From NCBI RefSeq assembly GCF_040938485.1, contig NW_027270924.1, positions 248,001-312,000 of the forward strand: a stretch of 64,000 bases of DNA, given 5' to 3'. The stretch comes from Diadema antillarum (lineage: Eukaryota). This document shows, one piece after another, positions 1 to 12,357 of the stretch (the stretch's first letter is position 1; every line of letters begins with the position of its first letter). The notes under the pieces were generated by a model that had not been told where the DNA came from, ran no database searches, and was given only the letters and a program-made list of their open reading frames with translations. The position numbers were made by a program, and so were the translations under genes.

Positions 1-116
1 TTTGCCAGTTTTGTGAAAATGTAATCACACATTGTCCACATGTACTATCTAGACCTATTAGGAGAATCATGCATTATGGCGGAGGCATACCAGTCGCCAT
101 AGCGACATTTCTAGTT
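1..116 (+). mobile_element. 3' end of a HINE (non-autonomous Helentron), same family as 53290-54622
   Basis: Near-identical to 54508-54622: subTIR TGGCGGAGGCAT, hairpin GTCGC-CATA-GCGAC, end CTAGTT. Confidence 0.85.
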
Positions 117-139
117 TCTAATTTAATACGCCTTGCGTC

Positions 140-870
140 CTCTACTTAGCTATAGTACAGCTGTAGCTTCTGTAGTGCGTATGTAATAACGCATGCATTT
201 CACACTTCGAGCTCGGCAAGAAGGAATGACCCACAAAAGCAGTCGAACTGTAGTTGGATGGGCGCGCGCGGGGGCCTGGGCTGTGATGTACAGCGTCAGC
301 GCACTCGGTACGTCGTGAACGCGATAGCGGCAACATTTTTGCGAAAAATCGCTGATATTCCACGCATATTTCGCGCATTGTTCGTATTTTTCCCCGTTTC
401 TCATATTTTAAGCGGATGAATTGTACTGTGAGGATTGTATCGAGTTTGTATTTATTTTCATGTTATTGTGACTATGTGCATGTGTGTGCAGTGTCGGAAG
501 GTACGGTGCCAGTGTAGTGGCCGTGCCGGCCGCGTATGCGTGTCATAGTGTCAGTAGCTAGCTGTCAGGGTCCCCATCCCCTGGTCTGTCAGCTGTCTGC
601 ACGCACGCATGAACACATTCAAGTGAGTAGAGGCCCGTACACTCTGCTCTGTAACGTTGCATCTGACGGCGATGTATTGTTCTATTTTGAAGAGAAAATG
701 AATGCGCTTTTCCAGCAAATGTAGAATTATTAAATGGGTGCATCTACAAAATAAATAACTTTTCCACGGATTCTGGTTTGTCTCGTATTTCTGCGGGATA
801 TTTTTCTTTACGATGTAAATTCACGGACACGGCCGTGAGTCGTATCACCTGTAGTGTGATACAATCATTC
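140..870. promoter_or_regulatory. CpG-rich segment, possibly UCK promoter or start of intron 1
   Basis: Local CG enrichment (GGGCGCGCGCGGGG) and several + strand donor-like sites (623, 835); no UCK-like coding sequence. Confidence 0.3.
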
Positions 871-2127
871 ATCATCCAAATGATGAGTGATTATCAAATG
901 TCTTTTTAGAACATGAAGAAACATCTTTAAATGTTTAATGCTATAATGCAATATCAGTATCATTTTGACATCCATCTGCAATTGTACAAGCCAGTTCCAG
1001 TTGAATGTGCTACAATTGTACTGTGAAGAGATGCAGATACATACATACCAGCTGTGTGGACACAAAAAGTCACAAACACCAATGATAAAAGCAGTGTTTT
1101 GAATATCATGGAATTGATTTCAGTCGTACATTTGTTGATAGAATGTTTTATACCTGTTTTAATTAATAGCACAATACATCAGAATTGCAAGTACACTGGT
1201 ATCAGAAATGCCATTACAACACTAAATACCAGTATGAAGATGGTCATTTTCCCTTGACATCTGTAGTGGAAAGAAAAAGCAAATGTATTTCTGCATGCAT
1301 GAAGTTTCATTTCAAGTATGGTACATATATCTATTTGTTTGAAAATGCACAGAGTGCAGGCAAGACATACACTTGGGACCTGGTCTCTCATAACACAGCT
1401 ACCACAGTGATATTTCATTTCATTTCATAAATTGGATATAGAAAATAGTAAAGCCCTCTCTCGTTACCTTTCTCAGAATTACCGGACGAGAAACACATAT
1501 TACTTTCATTTTGACAATCCTCGAAAAAATAGTAAGATATCAAATAGTAAGGACCTCCCTCATCGCCTTGCTCAAAAAACCCGGACGAGAAACTACTTTC
1601 TTTTTTTACTTGGCCTTAAAGGTTCTGTTTACCATCGGGAGAAGTGATTTAAAGAATGTTAAAGAATCACATTTGATACATATGTATAGGTCAGTTGTAT
1701 CACAAAATATTCCTACCATGTAAAAATTTTGCAATTCAGCTTAAAATATAAGGAGATATCACAATTTTTCTTGCTAAACCATAACTGTAGACGGGTTGAA
1801 TAGTCTAGAGACATTTGTTTTATAACTATTGTTGACATTTTGTATTGCAACAATTATGTAACAGTAATTATACTGATTCAAATTTTTACATTGTTTGTTT
1901 CTTCTGAATCTCACATTGTAGAACGATTTTGAAGCACTAAGTCTGGGTTTTGCTTTTTGTTTCATCTGCAAATGTTTAATAATGCCTTTAAAAGCCCCAT
2001 CTATCAACCGATATATATGCACATTATGTTTTCTTTTATCTGATGTATGATGTGGGTGAAACACAAAGGCTCCATAAGAATCCTGGGGCTTTTCTTCCTC
2101 TGTGGTGTGATGAAAGTGACCATTGAA

Positions 2128-2219
2128 AAGCCTCTGATGATGATGTTTGCCTTGACATTTTACATCTTGGATGGCAAGTTGTTAAATATTGCTAGTTCTG
2201 TACTGCAGCTCTGAGGCTT
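2128..2219 (+). ncRNA. Candidate box C/D snoRNA
   Basis: AAGCC-T-C-TGATGA ... CTGA-GGCTT: C and D boxes, 5-bp terminal stem in canonical register, 92 nt; no canonical guide target identified. Confidence 0.3.
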
Positions 2220-3680
2220 ACCACAAGACAAGAAGTTAATAGAGGTTGTCTACAATAATATTTACATTATATAGACCATATTGATAACTGAAATGCTACA
2301 GGTAGAGGTAATTTCTGTTCTCAATTAAGATGGAATATTTCAGTGAAAAATATCGATTAATTTGACGGTAGTCCTAGCTTTAACAAAATTCATTGTAGGC
2401 CTACATTTTTTTAAAGTTTTTTTTGTGTGTGTGTGTGTGTGAAGAAATGTTACCTTCCACACAAAGTATTCTCATTTGTGAAGCCGTACAAGCAGAAGTC
2501 ATTGAAATTGGTCAAGCATAAATCTTGATTAATTCAGAGTCTCGTCTTTTACAGTATTGTGTAGAAAAGTACTGCATAGTGATATGTATAATCCTTGAAA
2601 ATCATTGCAATTTAGTTATTGATGTGAGGCTTTGACAACAAGCCATTTACAATATACTGTAGGAATGATTTTGGAATTTAGGATGAATTATGTATAAATA
2701 AGCACTGATCAAGTATGTACTAAGCTCTCCAGAGAAAATTGAGGAAGCAAACTTTGTCTTGCACTTTACATTGTAGGCAAGTGTATGCTTCTGCTCACAA
2801 ATGTATTAACTGGATGACTCAAAGTGTCATCTGAAAGGACCTACAGTAGCCCTGGGTATTAGAATTTAAATTAGTGCTGCATACTCAAGGTGTGCAAACT
2901 GCCAGAGCGTAATTCTGTGGCCATTTCACGACGAGTTGAAAATGTCATGGAACATCAGGAACCTCATCCTGCATTTAGTATTAAGCATGGAAGTATGAAG
3001 TGAGTTTGATAGAAATTGATCTGGGGATGTGTAACGTACGGTAGTGAATTTGTACATAACATGCAACTACACAGTGTGATGAATTTGGCATTTTACCATC
3101 TGGGCATTGGGTAGGCATACGCAAGTACTCCGTTCAAGTGTTTTGTTGTTATATCACCTATAAAGGATGCTAAAACATAGATGAGACATTTCCACTGAAT
3201 GCCATTCATGCCAATACAGTAGTCAACATGAAAATACATACAGATGTAGCCTTCTTTTAAGGCCCTTACACTGTGTAATAGCATTTACAGTCAGGAACCA
3301 AAAGAGCTGGAGCCGACTGTGTCAGTGAAATTGATGTCTATTGAGGTCTATTGAGTTCTGCGAGAGGGATTATTTTTCATGACTGGGAGAAAGTCTGCAC
3401 TGTGCACCGTACCACTCCTGAAAAATTTAGCCTCTTTGACCGATGAAATTGCTCCATCCAACCATCAGCCATCAGTGTAAAAGATGATGCGTTCATGAGT
3501 TTTCAAAAGAACTCTGTTGGTGGTTGCATTCTTTGCTACCAAAAGCTCATTTATATAGCAAAATTTGGTAATTCAAAGGCGTACATGTATGTTAAGATAT
3601 TTTGGCAGGTCTCCACGGCCCTCTGTACTGGTGGCTTGACTTTGTCTTACTTGACAAGCCTGCTTTGCTTCTCTTGCAGT

Positions 3681-3950
3681 TACTGTATAATTATGCCGAA
3701 TATTTCGCACGGTTTTTATTTTGGCAAATTTCGCAAGTCAGGTGCTACACTGTGTTTGTGAATTTGGAGAAAGCCTAGACAATGTGCACCACTCTAGAGC
3801 CACTTTGACCAATGAAATTGTTCTATTCACCCATCACACATCAGCCATCGTGCGAAAATATTGACTCTGATCCGGACATGAATGTAACCTGTACACTCAT
3901 ACATTTCTCCATTCAGTGCTGCGCTCCACGATCACAAATTTAATGACATT
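3681..3950. mobile_element. Partial copy of the 46842 MITE family, reverse orientation
   Basis: TACTGTATAATTATGCCGAATATTTCG start; TTGACTCTGATCC and TCTCCATTCAGT shared; right end missing. Confidence 0.55.
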
Positions 3951-6603
3951 GTGATACAACATGGCATATCAAGTTTAAAAAAAAAAAGGTTGCTGTATGT
4001 TGCCAATACCAACACTTTTTTTTCAATGGGTATTAAAGAGAGACGTTTTAACATATGATTCTGTAATTTAAAATAGTAGACATGCAAAGTATATACATAA
4101 AGATACTAGAATAAAACATTCCAAAATTCCCTCCTCAAAGTTCCTAGAGAAAGAGGGAGAGACAGAGAGAGAGAGGGAGAGAGAGAAGTAGACAATGAGG
4201 GAAAGTTACCGTGTATGAAATGAAGATGTTAAAGAAAGCCACATCTTTCAGACTTTTTGTAGGGCTTCAGCTCAGACTAAAAATTTGAATGAGAGTGAGT
4301 AGATAATATCGATCAAAGAATGGGTGACATTGATTGTGTTTAATACACTTCAGAACCCTACAAATTTCCAACTGACTTTAAATCAAGGTTTGCAAAAAAC
4401 ACCAGAAAGAAAGAGAGAAAAAGATCGAGCAATCAAAATTACCAGGTCAGTGAAGATTCGTGAATTTTAGAACGGAAGCTGACACAGATATCACATAATA
4501 TCACATTTCCTTTTCCTTGCCTTTGTTTTGACGATACTGAAATATGACAATATTTGTACAAAACATGAATAGCGTGTGTGTGTCACATGTCCTCAGCCTT
4601 TGCAGCATAGACTGATTAATGGCTGTGGGAGTGCAGTCCTTGGTACTTGACTAGTTAGGGATGAATGAGCCATAAGCTCTCTTCAGAGACCTGCCCCGCC
4701 ACCCGTTAGTTCTTTCATGTGCTCAGACATGCACAATTCAGCTATCATATGGTAACCACCATGACGTATTATCGAGTGAACACATCTAGTTGATTGATTA
4801 AAAAGGTTAATTTTGTTTTTCCCTTGCCGTGATATTTACAGCGAGGTAAGAGTCTTTTATCCGCTAGCCAGCCAGACTGAATTCTTTTGAGCTTCAGAAT
4901 ATTTCTTTCCACGACACAAACACAATCTTGTGAACATAAAACACTTGTACATTACCTTCATATTTGTAGCTCCATTTACAGAATGTGATCCAAAGTATAA
5001 TAAGAACTGCAGCAGTTATGCCAAGTACAGAATTTATACTGGTATTCAATTACCACACGTAGGTAATGAAGTCTTAATCAGAACATCTCCATTTTACAGT
5101 TATAAATGTCAATCTCTAGTTTGACTAAATTCTCTTTGAAAACCACACATATACAGACTGTACATGACAGTGCAGCACCTCATTCCCCTCTACAACCTCC
5201 ATCCCCCCCTTCCCCTAAAGGAAAAAAAAAAAGGAAAAAGAAAAGGAAGGATAGCTGTGCACTGTTCCAAGTCTTTCTTCATCAGGTCTTTGCTCACACC
5301 CAGTCCCTGTTCTAGTCATACCCCTGTACATTTACTCTGTTTGTCTGGTCTGTTTACATACAATATTTAAAAAAATGATTAGTCTTGATCCTTGTGTGTG
5401 GGCCTCTTACTATGTTTGGTCCCGTTGTCATCTGGCCAGTCTGACATCTCATTGCTTGTGGTCCCACTTCGTACCAGATCCGGTACCACCACTGGTACCA
5501 CCACTGGTACCACCACTGGTCACACCCCCTGTACCACTTCCGGCCCCACCTCTTTTCCATGAGTTTATTCCCTGACACGTTGTGGTGTCCTCTTTTCGCG
5601 TAATGCTCTTGAGTTTGATCCCTCTTGATAATATGGTCTCTGGTTCCTATTGTTTCTTTTCCCTATCATGTATGTTACCTGTCACTTAATTTGTCCTTTC
5701 ATCTGGTTATTCTCATTGATGATTCCTTGCATTTCTGCTCTTCATTTCCTCTTGTATCTGTTCCCCATCATGTCTCTCTACTCACCAGGTCTGGCTTCCA
5801 TATTTACATCTGATCCTTCTCCTGTCCTCTGTTTGTTCCATCCCTATTTTATATACATGTAGTCCTTAAAACTAATCTGAACCATCATTTTCAGTTTGAT
5901 TCAAATAGATTCACTGAAATAAAAAAAATCAACAAAAAGTGGAACTTTTACCAAAATCTGGCATTTATGGATATTTGAGAAAGTCTTTGAAGTTCAGAGT
6001 CGCAGTATTTGGTACAGTATGAGCCGCAAACATATCAATATTATATGCAAATTAGAGGAGGCAGTGATATTTTCACACTACAACTATCTCTTTGCAGTAA
6101 AAGTGAAAATTTTCACATTAGTAGTAATTTCTCATGGCAGGCCGGGTAGGATGAATTTCATGTGCTTTTAATTTCACAGATGGTCAGGACAATATTGAGC
6201 AAGCGTTCCATGCAGCTCGTCACTGCCATGGCGGTACAGAAGGATGTTTGCAGCATAATACGTGTATAATATGTGCTACATTATAAAAAATGTAACTGGT
6301 CGCATTACAATCGGCAAATTCACTTGTGCTACAAAACTAGCAAACATGAAGAAAACTATATCATAACAGTGAACACCCGTACAATATGGGTACCTTGAAA
6401 TGAAAGATATAGAGTAATGTTACATGTAACAAGCAAATATATATATGAGTGCTTTCAGTTTCACAATATTTTAATGTTGATTGAAAGTCATGAAAATTTT
6501 GTTTTTCACAGTAGTATGCAGAAATATGATAACAATAATCTGTTTGGTGGAGAAGTTGGCAACTTGTAACCATTTCTTCCCTCTTTCTCCACCCCTCGTC
6601 CAG

Positions 6604-6760
6604 TCCTCGGTGTGCGAGCGCATTGTGGAGGCGGTCGGTCAGCAGAAGATGGACTGCAGGCAGCGGAAGGTGGCCATCATCAGCATGGACAGCTTCTACA
6701 AGGACGTCTCGGACGTGGTCAACAGCAGTGCCATCGGGTCGTACAACTTTGACCATCCAG
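6604..6760 (+). CDS. UCK2: UCK coding exon 2 ([12 protein letters not shown]...YNFDHP)
   Basis: ccag acceptor, gttggt donor, 157 nt, phase 0 to 1. Confidence 0.93.
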
Positions 6761-9700
6761 GTTGGTGTGGAAAATTTTGCCAAACACCCTCTTCTAAATT
6801 TTGTCTGTGAGGAACTCTGCTTACCCATGGATGTGGGGACTTGGGTATTTTGTTTAATAGAGAGGAAAATAAATGTGATGTTGTGTAGTGCTTTTATTCC
6901 TGGATGCTGCGCCCATCTTTTTCTTGTCTGTGGCATGCTGTTGTGACATCAATCATGTACGATGTGCCACACCCTCCTTCTGAATGACACTGCCCTTCAA
7001 AGAGTAATGGTGACCTTTAAGGATTTATTATTATTATTATTATTATTATTATATGTAGGTGCTTTGCAGTCACAAAGCCAGCAATAAATAAACACATTTA
7101 ATGGGGGATGACAAAAGTTGATTAAAAAGTGAATTGCCTATTGTAAGGGGGGGGGGGGGGGGGGGAGGGGGATTGTACAGATATTACTGGTGAACTTGAG
7201 TTTCTGAGACCAGCTGTCCATAAACTCGAGCCAAGTATCGTATACAGAGAAAAAGAAATGATGTTTTTATGTACTTCACCATAGAACTGCCCATGAAAAT
7301 TATGGCTGCTGTCTGCTGGTTAGCAATTTAACTTCTGGTATCTCTCCCCAAAATGATTCTTTGAAGGTTGACGACCTACCAATTTTGTGACAAGAATCAT
7401 TGAGGTAAAATTTGGATCAGTCCGTATTCTGTTGTGTATCATTCTAATGTGAGACTGTCCCAGGTGACTGTAAAGCACAAAGAACCATGTCACATGTAAT
7501 GTTGCCCAAACATTCAAATGTTGATTTATATATGATCTTTATAGATATATTGTATAATCAATATACACGCCACTCCTGTTTAAACAAAGTTGTTGGGACT
7601 GGCAGCGGTCTTTCGTTGAATCAAAATTTTGCTATATACATGTAGCTGAACAATAAAGTATATCCTCATTTAGACAATAATTTTGGGGCCTGAATTTTTA
7701 CTTCATTGTAATGAGATTATTGCTACTTATCGTAACAGTGGGAGTGCACTGTATAAATGACTATATCAAAATATAGATATTAAAAACAGACATGTACACC
7801 TTGTGACACAACAGATGCTGTCGACGAGAAGATGATGAAGCAGACGTTGACCGATCTACGGGCCGGGAAGACGGTGAAGATACCCGTCTACGACAAGATC
7901 AAGAATTCAAGGTTAGCCTCTTGTTCTGTTTGTATGTTTGCTTGTCTTGTAACACATGGTTTCCCCATTGTGTATGTGGGAGACTACCTCCAGTGACAAC
8001 AAAGTCCTCGGGACGGTCAGTTTTCTTTCATTGACGTATATATATACACACATACACAAAATTTCGTTTTAGCCGATGAAATTAAGTATGTAAAAAGATA
8101 GAGATGATAATTATGGGACCTGAATTTTAACTTATTTGTAACAAAATTTTGTTAAAATCATAATTATTGTAACGGAAATACCCTGTACGAAAGAAAGCTG
8201 TCAGCTGCCCTCTGTCAAAGGTCAAAGAACTCATGTCTTATCAGCATTGTGTAAATGTTCTCTGCAATTTATGCAAGTTTACTTCGTGCAAACTTTCCCA
8301 GTTATACTGGTGATCACGGCCTTCTCCACCATCGATCCCACCGACGTTGTGTTAATAGAAGGGATCCTGGTCTTCTACTTCAAAGAGATCCTGGACCTGT
8401 TCGACATGAAGCTCTTTGTGGACACAGATGCAGACACGAGGTTATCGAGAAGAGGTGAGCACAAGAAGGACGTTGGATTTCTTGTTTAAGGAAGAATGTG
8501 TATTGCTTTGGAGAGTGTTTTGTATCACCACCCCATGATGCTGCTGAAGGTCGTGTTGGCTTATTTTTTTAGATGCTGTTTCTTGTTACTTCAATAAACT
8601 TTGGGAAGATAGCATCTATGTCTTGTTATGCCACTTGGTTTGTAGATAAACTTTACCACACAAAACTGGGATAATGATGGTCATTTGGGTGAGAGGTCAT
8701 GGTTGAGGATCAGAATTATAGCTTTCAAACAGTAAACCGAAAAAGGGCAATAGATCCCTACTGGCACTGTCACAATGGGCCTGAAGTACCATTTAACCCC
8801 AAAAAGACTTGGGGGGGGGGGGGGATCATACCCCCCCCCCCCCCTCCGGAAATGTTCAATAACTTCCAGAATTAATAAGATCTCACTGCGAGACTTCATG
8901 ACTTTTTTCTTAAGAGTCTCACGCATCTTTTGATACCTAATTTGCGTATATATACCTACAGCGGTTATATTTGCCAAAATTGCCAACTGCTATAACTCCC
9001 TTAGTGAGACAGTGCGAAGGGTTAGTTGTAGTGTTGATTTATAGCAGTTTTCTTTGAGTGAAACCATTATATTAGCTCAAGACGTCATTCATGAAATACA
9101 GTTTTCTGTGTGTTTGTGGTGTTCTTCGTCTTGTTCTTTTTTTTTTGCACAGAGCTTTTCCTCATTTTCCATTAATTTGAGCATGTAAAGTATACTTGAT
9201 TAGGTGGTTCAGTTGATACTTTGCCAGTGGGGGCTGGCATTTCATGATTGCACAGTAATTTCGTGTGATCCACCCTCAGTACTTCAAGTACATGTTTCTG
9301 AATGGGTGTGATGCACAGAGAGTGAGTGCATGATACATCATTGATTTGCCAGGTCATTGTCTTAGTGAAAGTTCTGAGATATGCCCTTGCACAATGTCCT
9401 GTTTGAGAGTTGTGCTTGCATTACGTATGACCGGACAGAGTGAGCTATCTGGGTTGTTATGGTTCCTACTCAGGAAATGGCCAAATGTGGTGTCTTTGTT
9501 TCCTACGTTTTATTGCTGTCTGGTTTTAAAAAAGGAGCAATACCCCCCCCCCCCCCCCCCCCCCCAACACACACACACACAGACACAGACGCAGACACAC
9601 AAACACACACCATAACTCAAAGTACACACCTCTGCTCCTAGAATTGAGGATGGAGGATGGGTCACTGTTTGCAGTTTGCTGGTTTCTCACCTCTGTCTGT

Positions 9701-12357
9701 TTGTTTGTATGTTTCATGGTCTGTTTGTTTCTAAGTCTGTCTTTAAAGGTAAAACATACTAGTACTTTCCCACATGACCACAGAATATGTCAATTTTTGC
9801 TCAGAAATGGAGACATACACATGAGAAACGTGTGATATAACACTGACTTTTTTCATTTCACTCACCTGATCTCAAAATTCTCAAAAACAACTCATCCTGA
9901 CAAATAACATCAGCTGGACAGGTTTCTCAGTACAGTCTTCTGATATATTGCCAGCAAATTCCAAATGGTGGGCAATGAATTTCAAGCCCTTTTGAGAACT
10001 GTATGTTTTAACTATATATTATCTTGCTGGATAGTGGGTACAGTTTTATACATGGGCGGGCTCCCTCCTCCCCCCCCCCCCCCCCCCCCTCCCATGTTTC
10101 AGAGGTTGAGAGTGAAGGGTTGGCAGCACTCAACTACTGGAATGCAACTGTGAATGCAATAATTTGAGAAGCGATTTGCCACACAACTTTCCAACACGTG
10201 GGCCATAGATGAGTTATATGCAGAGGGGCAACGACTTTATGGAGATTTCCCCCCACCCCCCCAAAGCACAGTAGAGGGCATGAGCCAAGGTTGAATTCCC
10301 AGCTGTTACTGTGATTGCAACAGCTCATGAAACATCTTACATGTTTTAACTGCGTTGTTTGGGTAATTCCCCCTGAGCCCCTCAGTAGCACTTGTTTGCT
10401 AACTTCTAGATATCTTTTGAAGTCAACTGATGTCAAGCTATTTTATATTAGGTCCCCCAGATAGCTCTAGCTCTGGATGATAAATAACTTGGCACTGGCT
10501 GAAAACTTGGGTTGGTACACCAAGGGTTGATCGCACTTAGCAGTTTGTTGATCGTGACAATAATTTTCTCTTGTGCTCTGTACGAGTCTCTTGTTCGTTT
10601 GTGGTGCTGGCCAAATCGTTGGCTTTATCTTTGAAGGACATGTGTCGTGGCATAAATTGAGTCTGAGTGACCCTGATGATGAAATAGATTGCAAAGCCTG
10701 GCAATGATCACGAAATCGTGTGTATGCCATAAATCATATATGGACCATGGCCCCTCCCTTGCCCGCCAGCCACAAAATGCCATTGACATTGTATATAAAC
10801 TGGTTGCCAGTGGTAATGATGGAGTTAATTTGACAATACATGTATGTCAGAAATATCTTAGATATTAGGAGGCTGTGCATGCATGCATGTCCAATGACAC
10901 AAGTACTGAAAAGATGCTAATATTATTCAGAGTACTTGAAAATCCAAACTAGACTGCAGATGATGAGCACCTCATGTTCACAGTCATAGCCAAATTGATA
11001 TTAGTGGGAAAAAAGAAAGAAGTAGTGCCACTAATTTGGTAGACGGAAACCAACAACAGTGTATAAAGTGAAGTAGAATGTCAATTGCACCTTTCTGATC
11101 TATCATAAATGATGCTTTGGTCTCTTTCTTCTTTTTGCTCAGGTAGAGCAGTAAAGTTGCACAAGTACGCATGTCTAGTTATAGTAATGCAAATGTCAAA
11201 CTCTATGGAAGCAGCCTTCACGCATGACATGTGAAGCTGTGCCTGTAAGCAGCTGGGTGTTTATACCTTTGTATCTTATTTGTCATTCCGTTCTATTTTT
11301 CAGTGATGCGTGATGTGAAGGAGAGGGGAAGGGACCTGGACAAGGTGCTCATGCAATACGTCAAGTTCGTCAAGCCCGCCTTCGAGGAATTCTGTCTTCC
11401 AACCAAAAAGTATGCCGACGTTATCATTCCGCGAGGTGCCGAAAACTCTGGTGAGTGAGGCAGTGTATCAATCCTGAGAAGCTGATGTTTGTCAAACAAA
11501 GTGTGAAAGCAGTAGAGTCAAATGCATTCGTGATGTATGTGTGTGTAATCTGTAACAAGTGAGGTCATAGTGGGTATGAAGATAGCTCTTCTGTGTGTTT
11601 CCTACAGGCTGCATTATATCTTAGACAGCTTGCTAGTATTTTATATTGGTTAAAAAAAGTGGGATTTTTAGGACGAACACCATACTAGGGCTTTTCATGG
11701 CTCAGTCAGTAAGAGTTCCAGTCTAGCAATACAGAGGTCTCGTGTTTGAATCCTGATGGAATCCCATTTCCTGGCTCATTTTTTATTTTTCATTTATAAT
11801 GAAATGTTATAAGACTCGAGTCCATTTTGATCTGTCAGCGTTGTATCTGTTGTAGGCAAATAACCTGGTAAGATATTATGTTTTTGTATCATACCAGGAA
11901 GAATTTTGAAACAGAATAGATGGTGGAAAGGGAATTTTTGATTGCTTTGTTTAAGTACTTCTTATTCTTTGTTTCCTTCATTTTGAAAGAGTGATGACAA
12001 TTTTACAAGGTTTCTTTGTGTTGTCTAAAATGCTGCGTTAGCTCATCAAACTGCAAAAAGGGCATGTTTGCTTGTCATGACATGTCATAAATGGGCTTTT
12101 GTTTCGTGAATACTCACTTTTTTGGCTTTCGCCTTCAACCATTCCCCCCACCCCCTGCTACAGTTGCCATCAACCTCATTGTCCACCACATACGAGACAT
12201 TCTCAACGACGGCATCAAGACGGAATACCACAACGGCATCGCCAAGGCCAAACTCCAGGATGGCCTCTCCTCATCGCTCAACGACTCGGTGCTCATGGCG
12301 GCCGGGCCAGCAGGAAGGAAGATATCAGAGTCAGGCGGAAGAGGACGCCCTCACTAG
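6604..12357 (+). CDS. UCK2: Uridine-cytidine kinase (UCK1/UCK2 co-ortholog), spliced, 5'-partial in this window
   Basis: Exons 6604-6760, 7815-7911, 8302-8454, 11304-11450, 12164-12357 with GT-AG ends. They encode [85 protein letters not shown] and terminal RPH*, all UCK family hallmarks. The exon 3/4 junction is out of frame (see findings). Confidence 0.95.
7564..7753. mobile_element. Diverged pogo-like MITE (26411 family)
   Basis: Right end GGGAGTGCACTGTA and internal CCTGAATTTTTACTT. Confidence 0.6.
7815..7911 (+). CDS. UCK2: UCK coding exon 3 (DAVDEKMM...[10 protein letters not shown])
   Basis: acag acceptor, gttagc donor, 97 nt, phase 1 to 2. Confidence 0.9.
7975..8187. mobile_element. 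Diverged pogo-like MITE (26411 family)
   Basis: AAAGTCCTCGGGAC, AATTTCGTT and CCTGAATTTT segments colinear with 26411-26583. Confidence 0.5.
8302..8454 (+). CDS. UCK2: UCK coding exon 4 (..[14 protein letters not shown]...DTRLSRR)
   Basis: ttcccag acceptor, gtgagc donor; the 5' boundary is uncertain because its phase does not match exon 3. Confidence 0.8.
8793..9024. mobile_element. Truncated relative of the 47502 piggyBac-type MITE
   Basis: TTAA|CCCC start, G13/C13 subterminal hairpin, CTCACTGC..TGACTTTT segment similar to 47595-47660; right end uncertain. Confidence 0.45.
11304..11450 (+). CDS. UCK2: UCK coding exon 5 ([12 protein letters not shown]...PRGAENS)
   Basis: tttcag acceptor, gtgagt donor, 147 nt, phase 1 to 1. 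Confidence 0.95.
11688..11766 (+). pseudogene. tRNA-like relic (tRNA pseudogene or SINE head)
   Basis: TGGCTCAGTCAG A-box-like, GTTTGAATCC B-box-like, GGG/CCC acceptor-stem remnant; mismatches make a functional tRNA unlikely. Confidence 0.45.
12164..12357 (+). CDS. UCK2: UCK last coding exon (VAINLIVHH...GRPH*)
   Basis: ctacag acceptor, TAG stop at 12355-12357. Confidence 0.95.

Noticed and set aside
4760-4793. CCACCATG Kozak start as an alternative UCK first exon
   Set aside because: The frame closes after 10 codons and has no P-loop.
11688-11766. Functional tRNA
   Set aside because: The acceptor and T stems are mismatched and the B-box is degenerate; treated as a relic.
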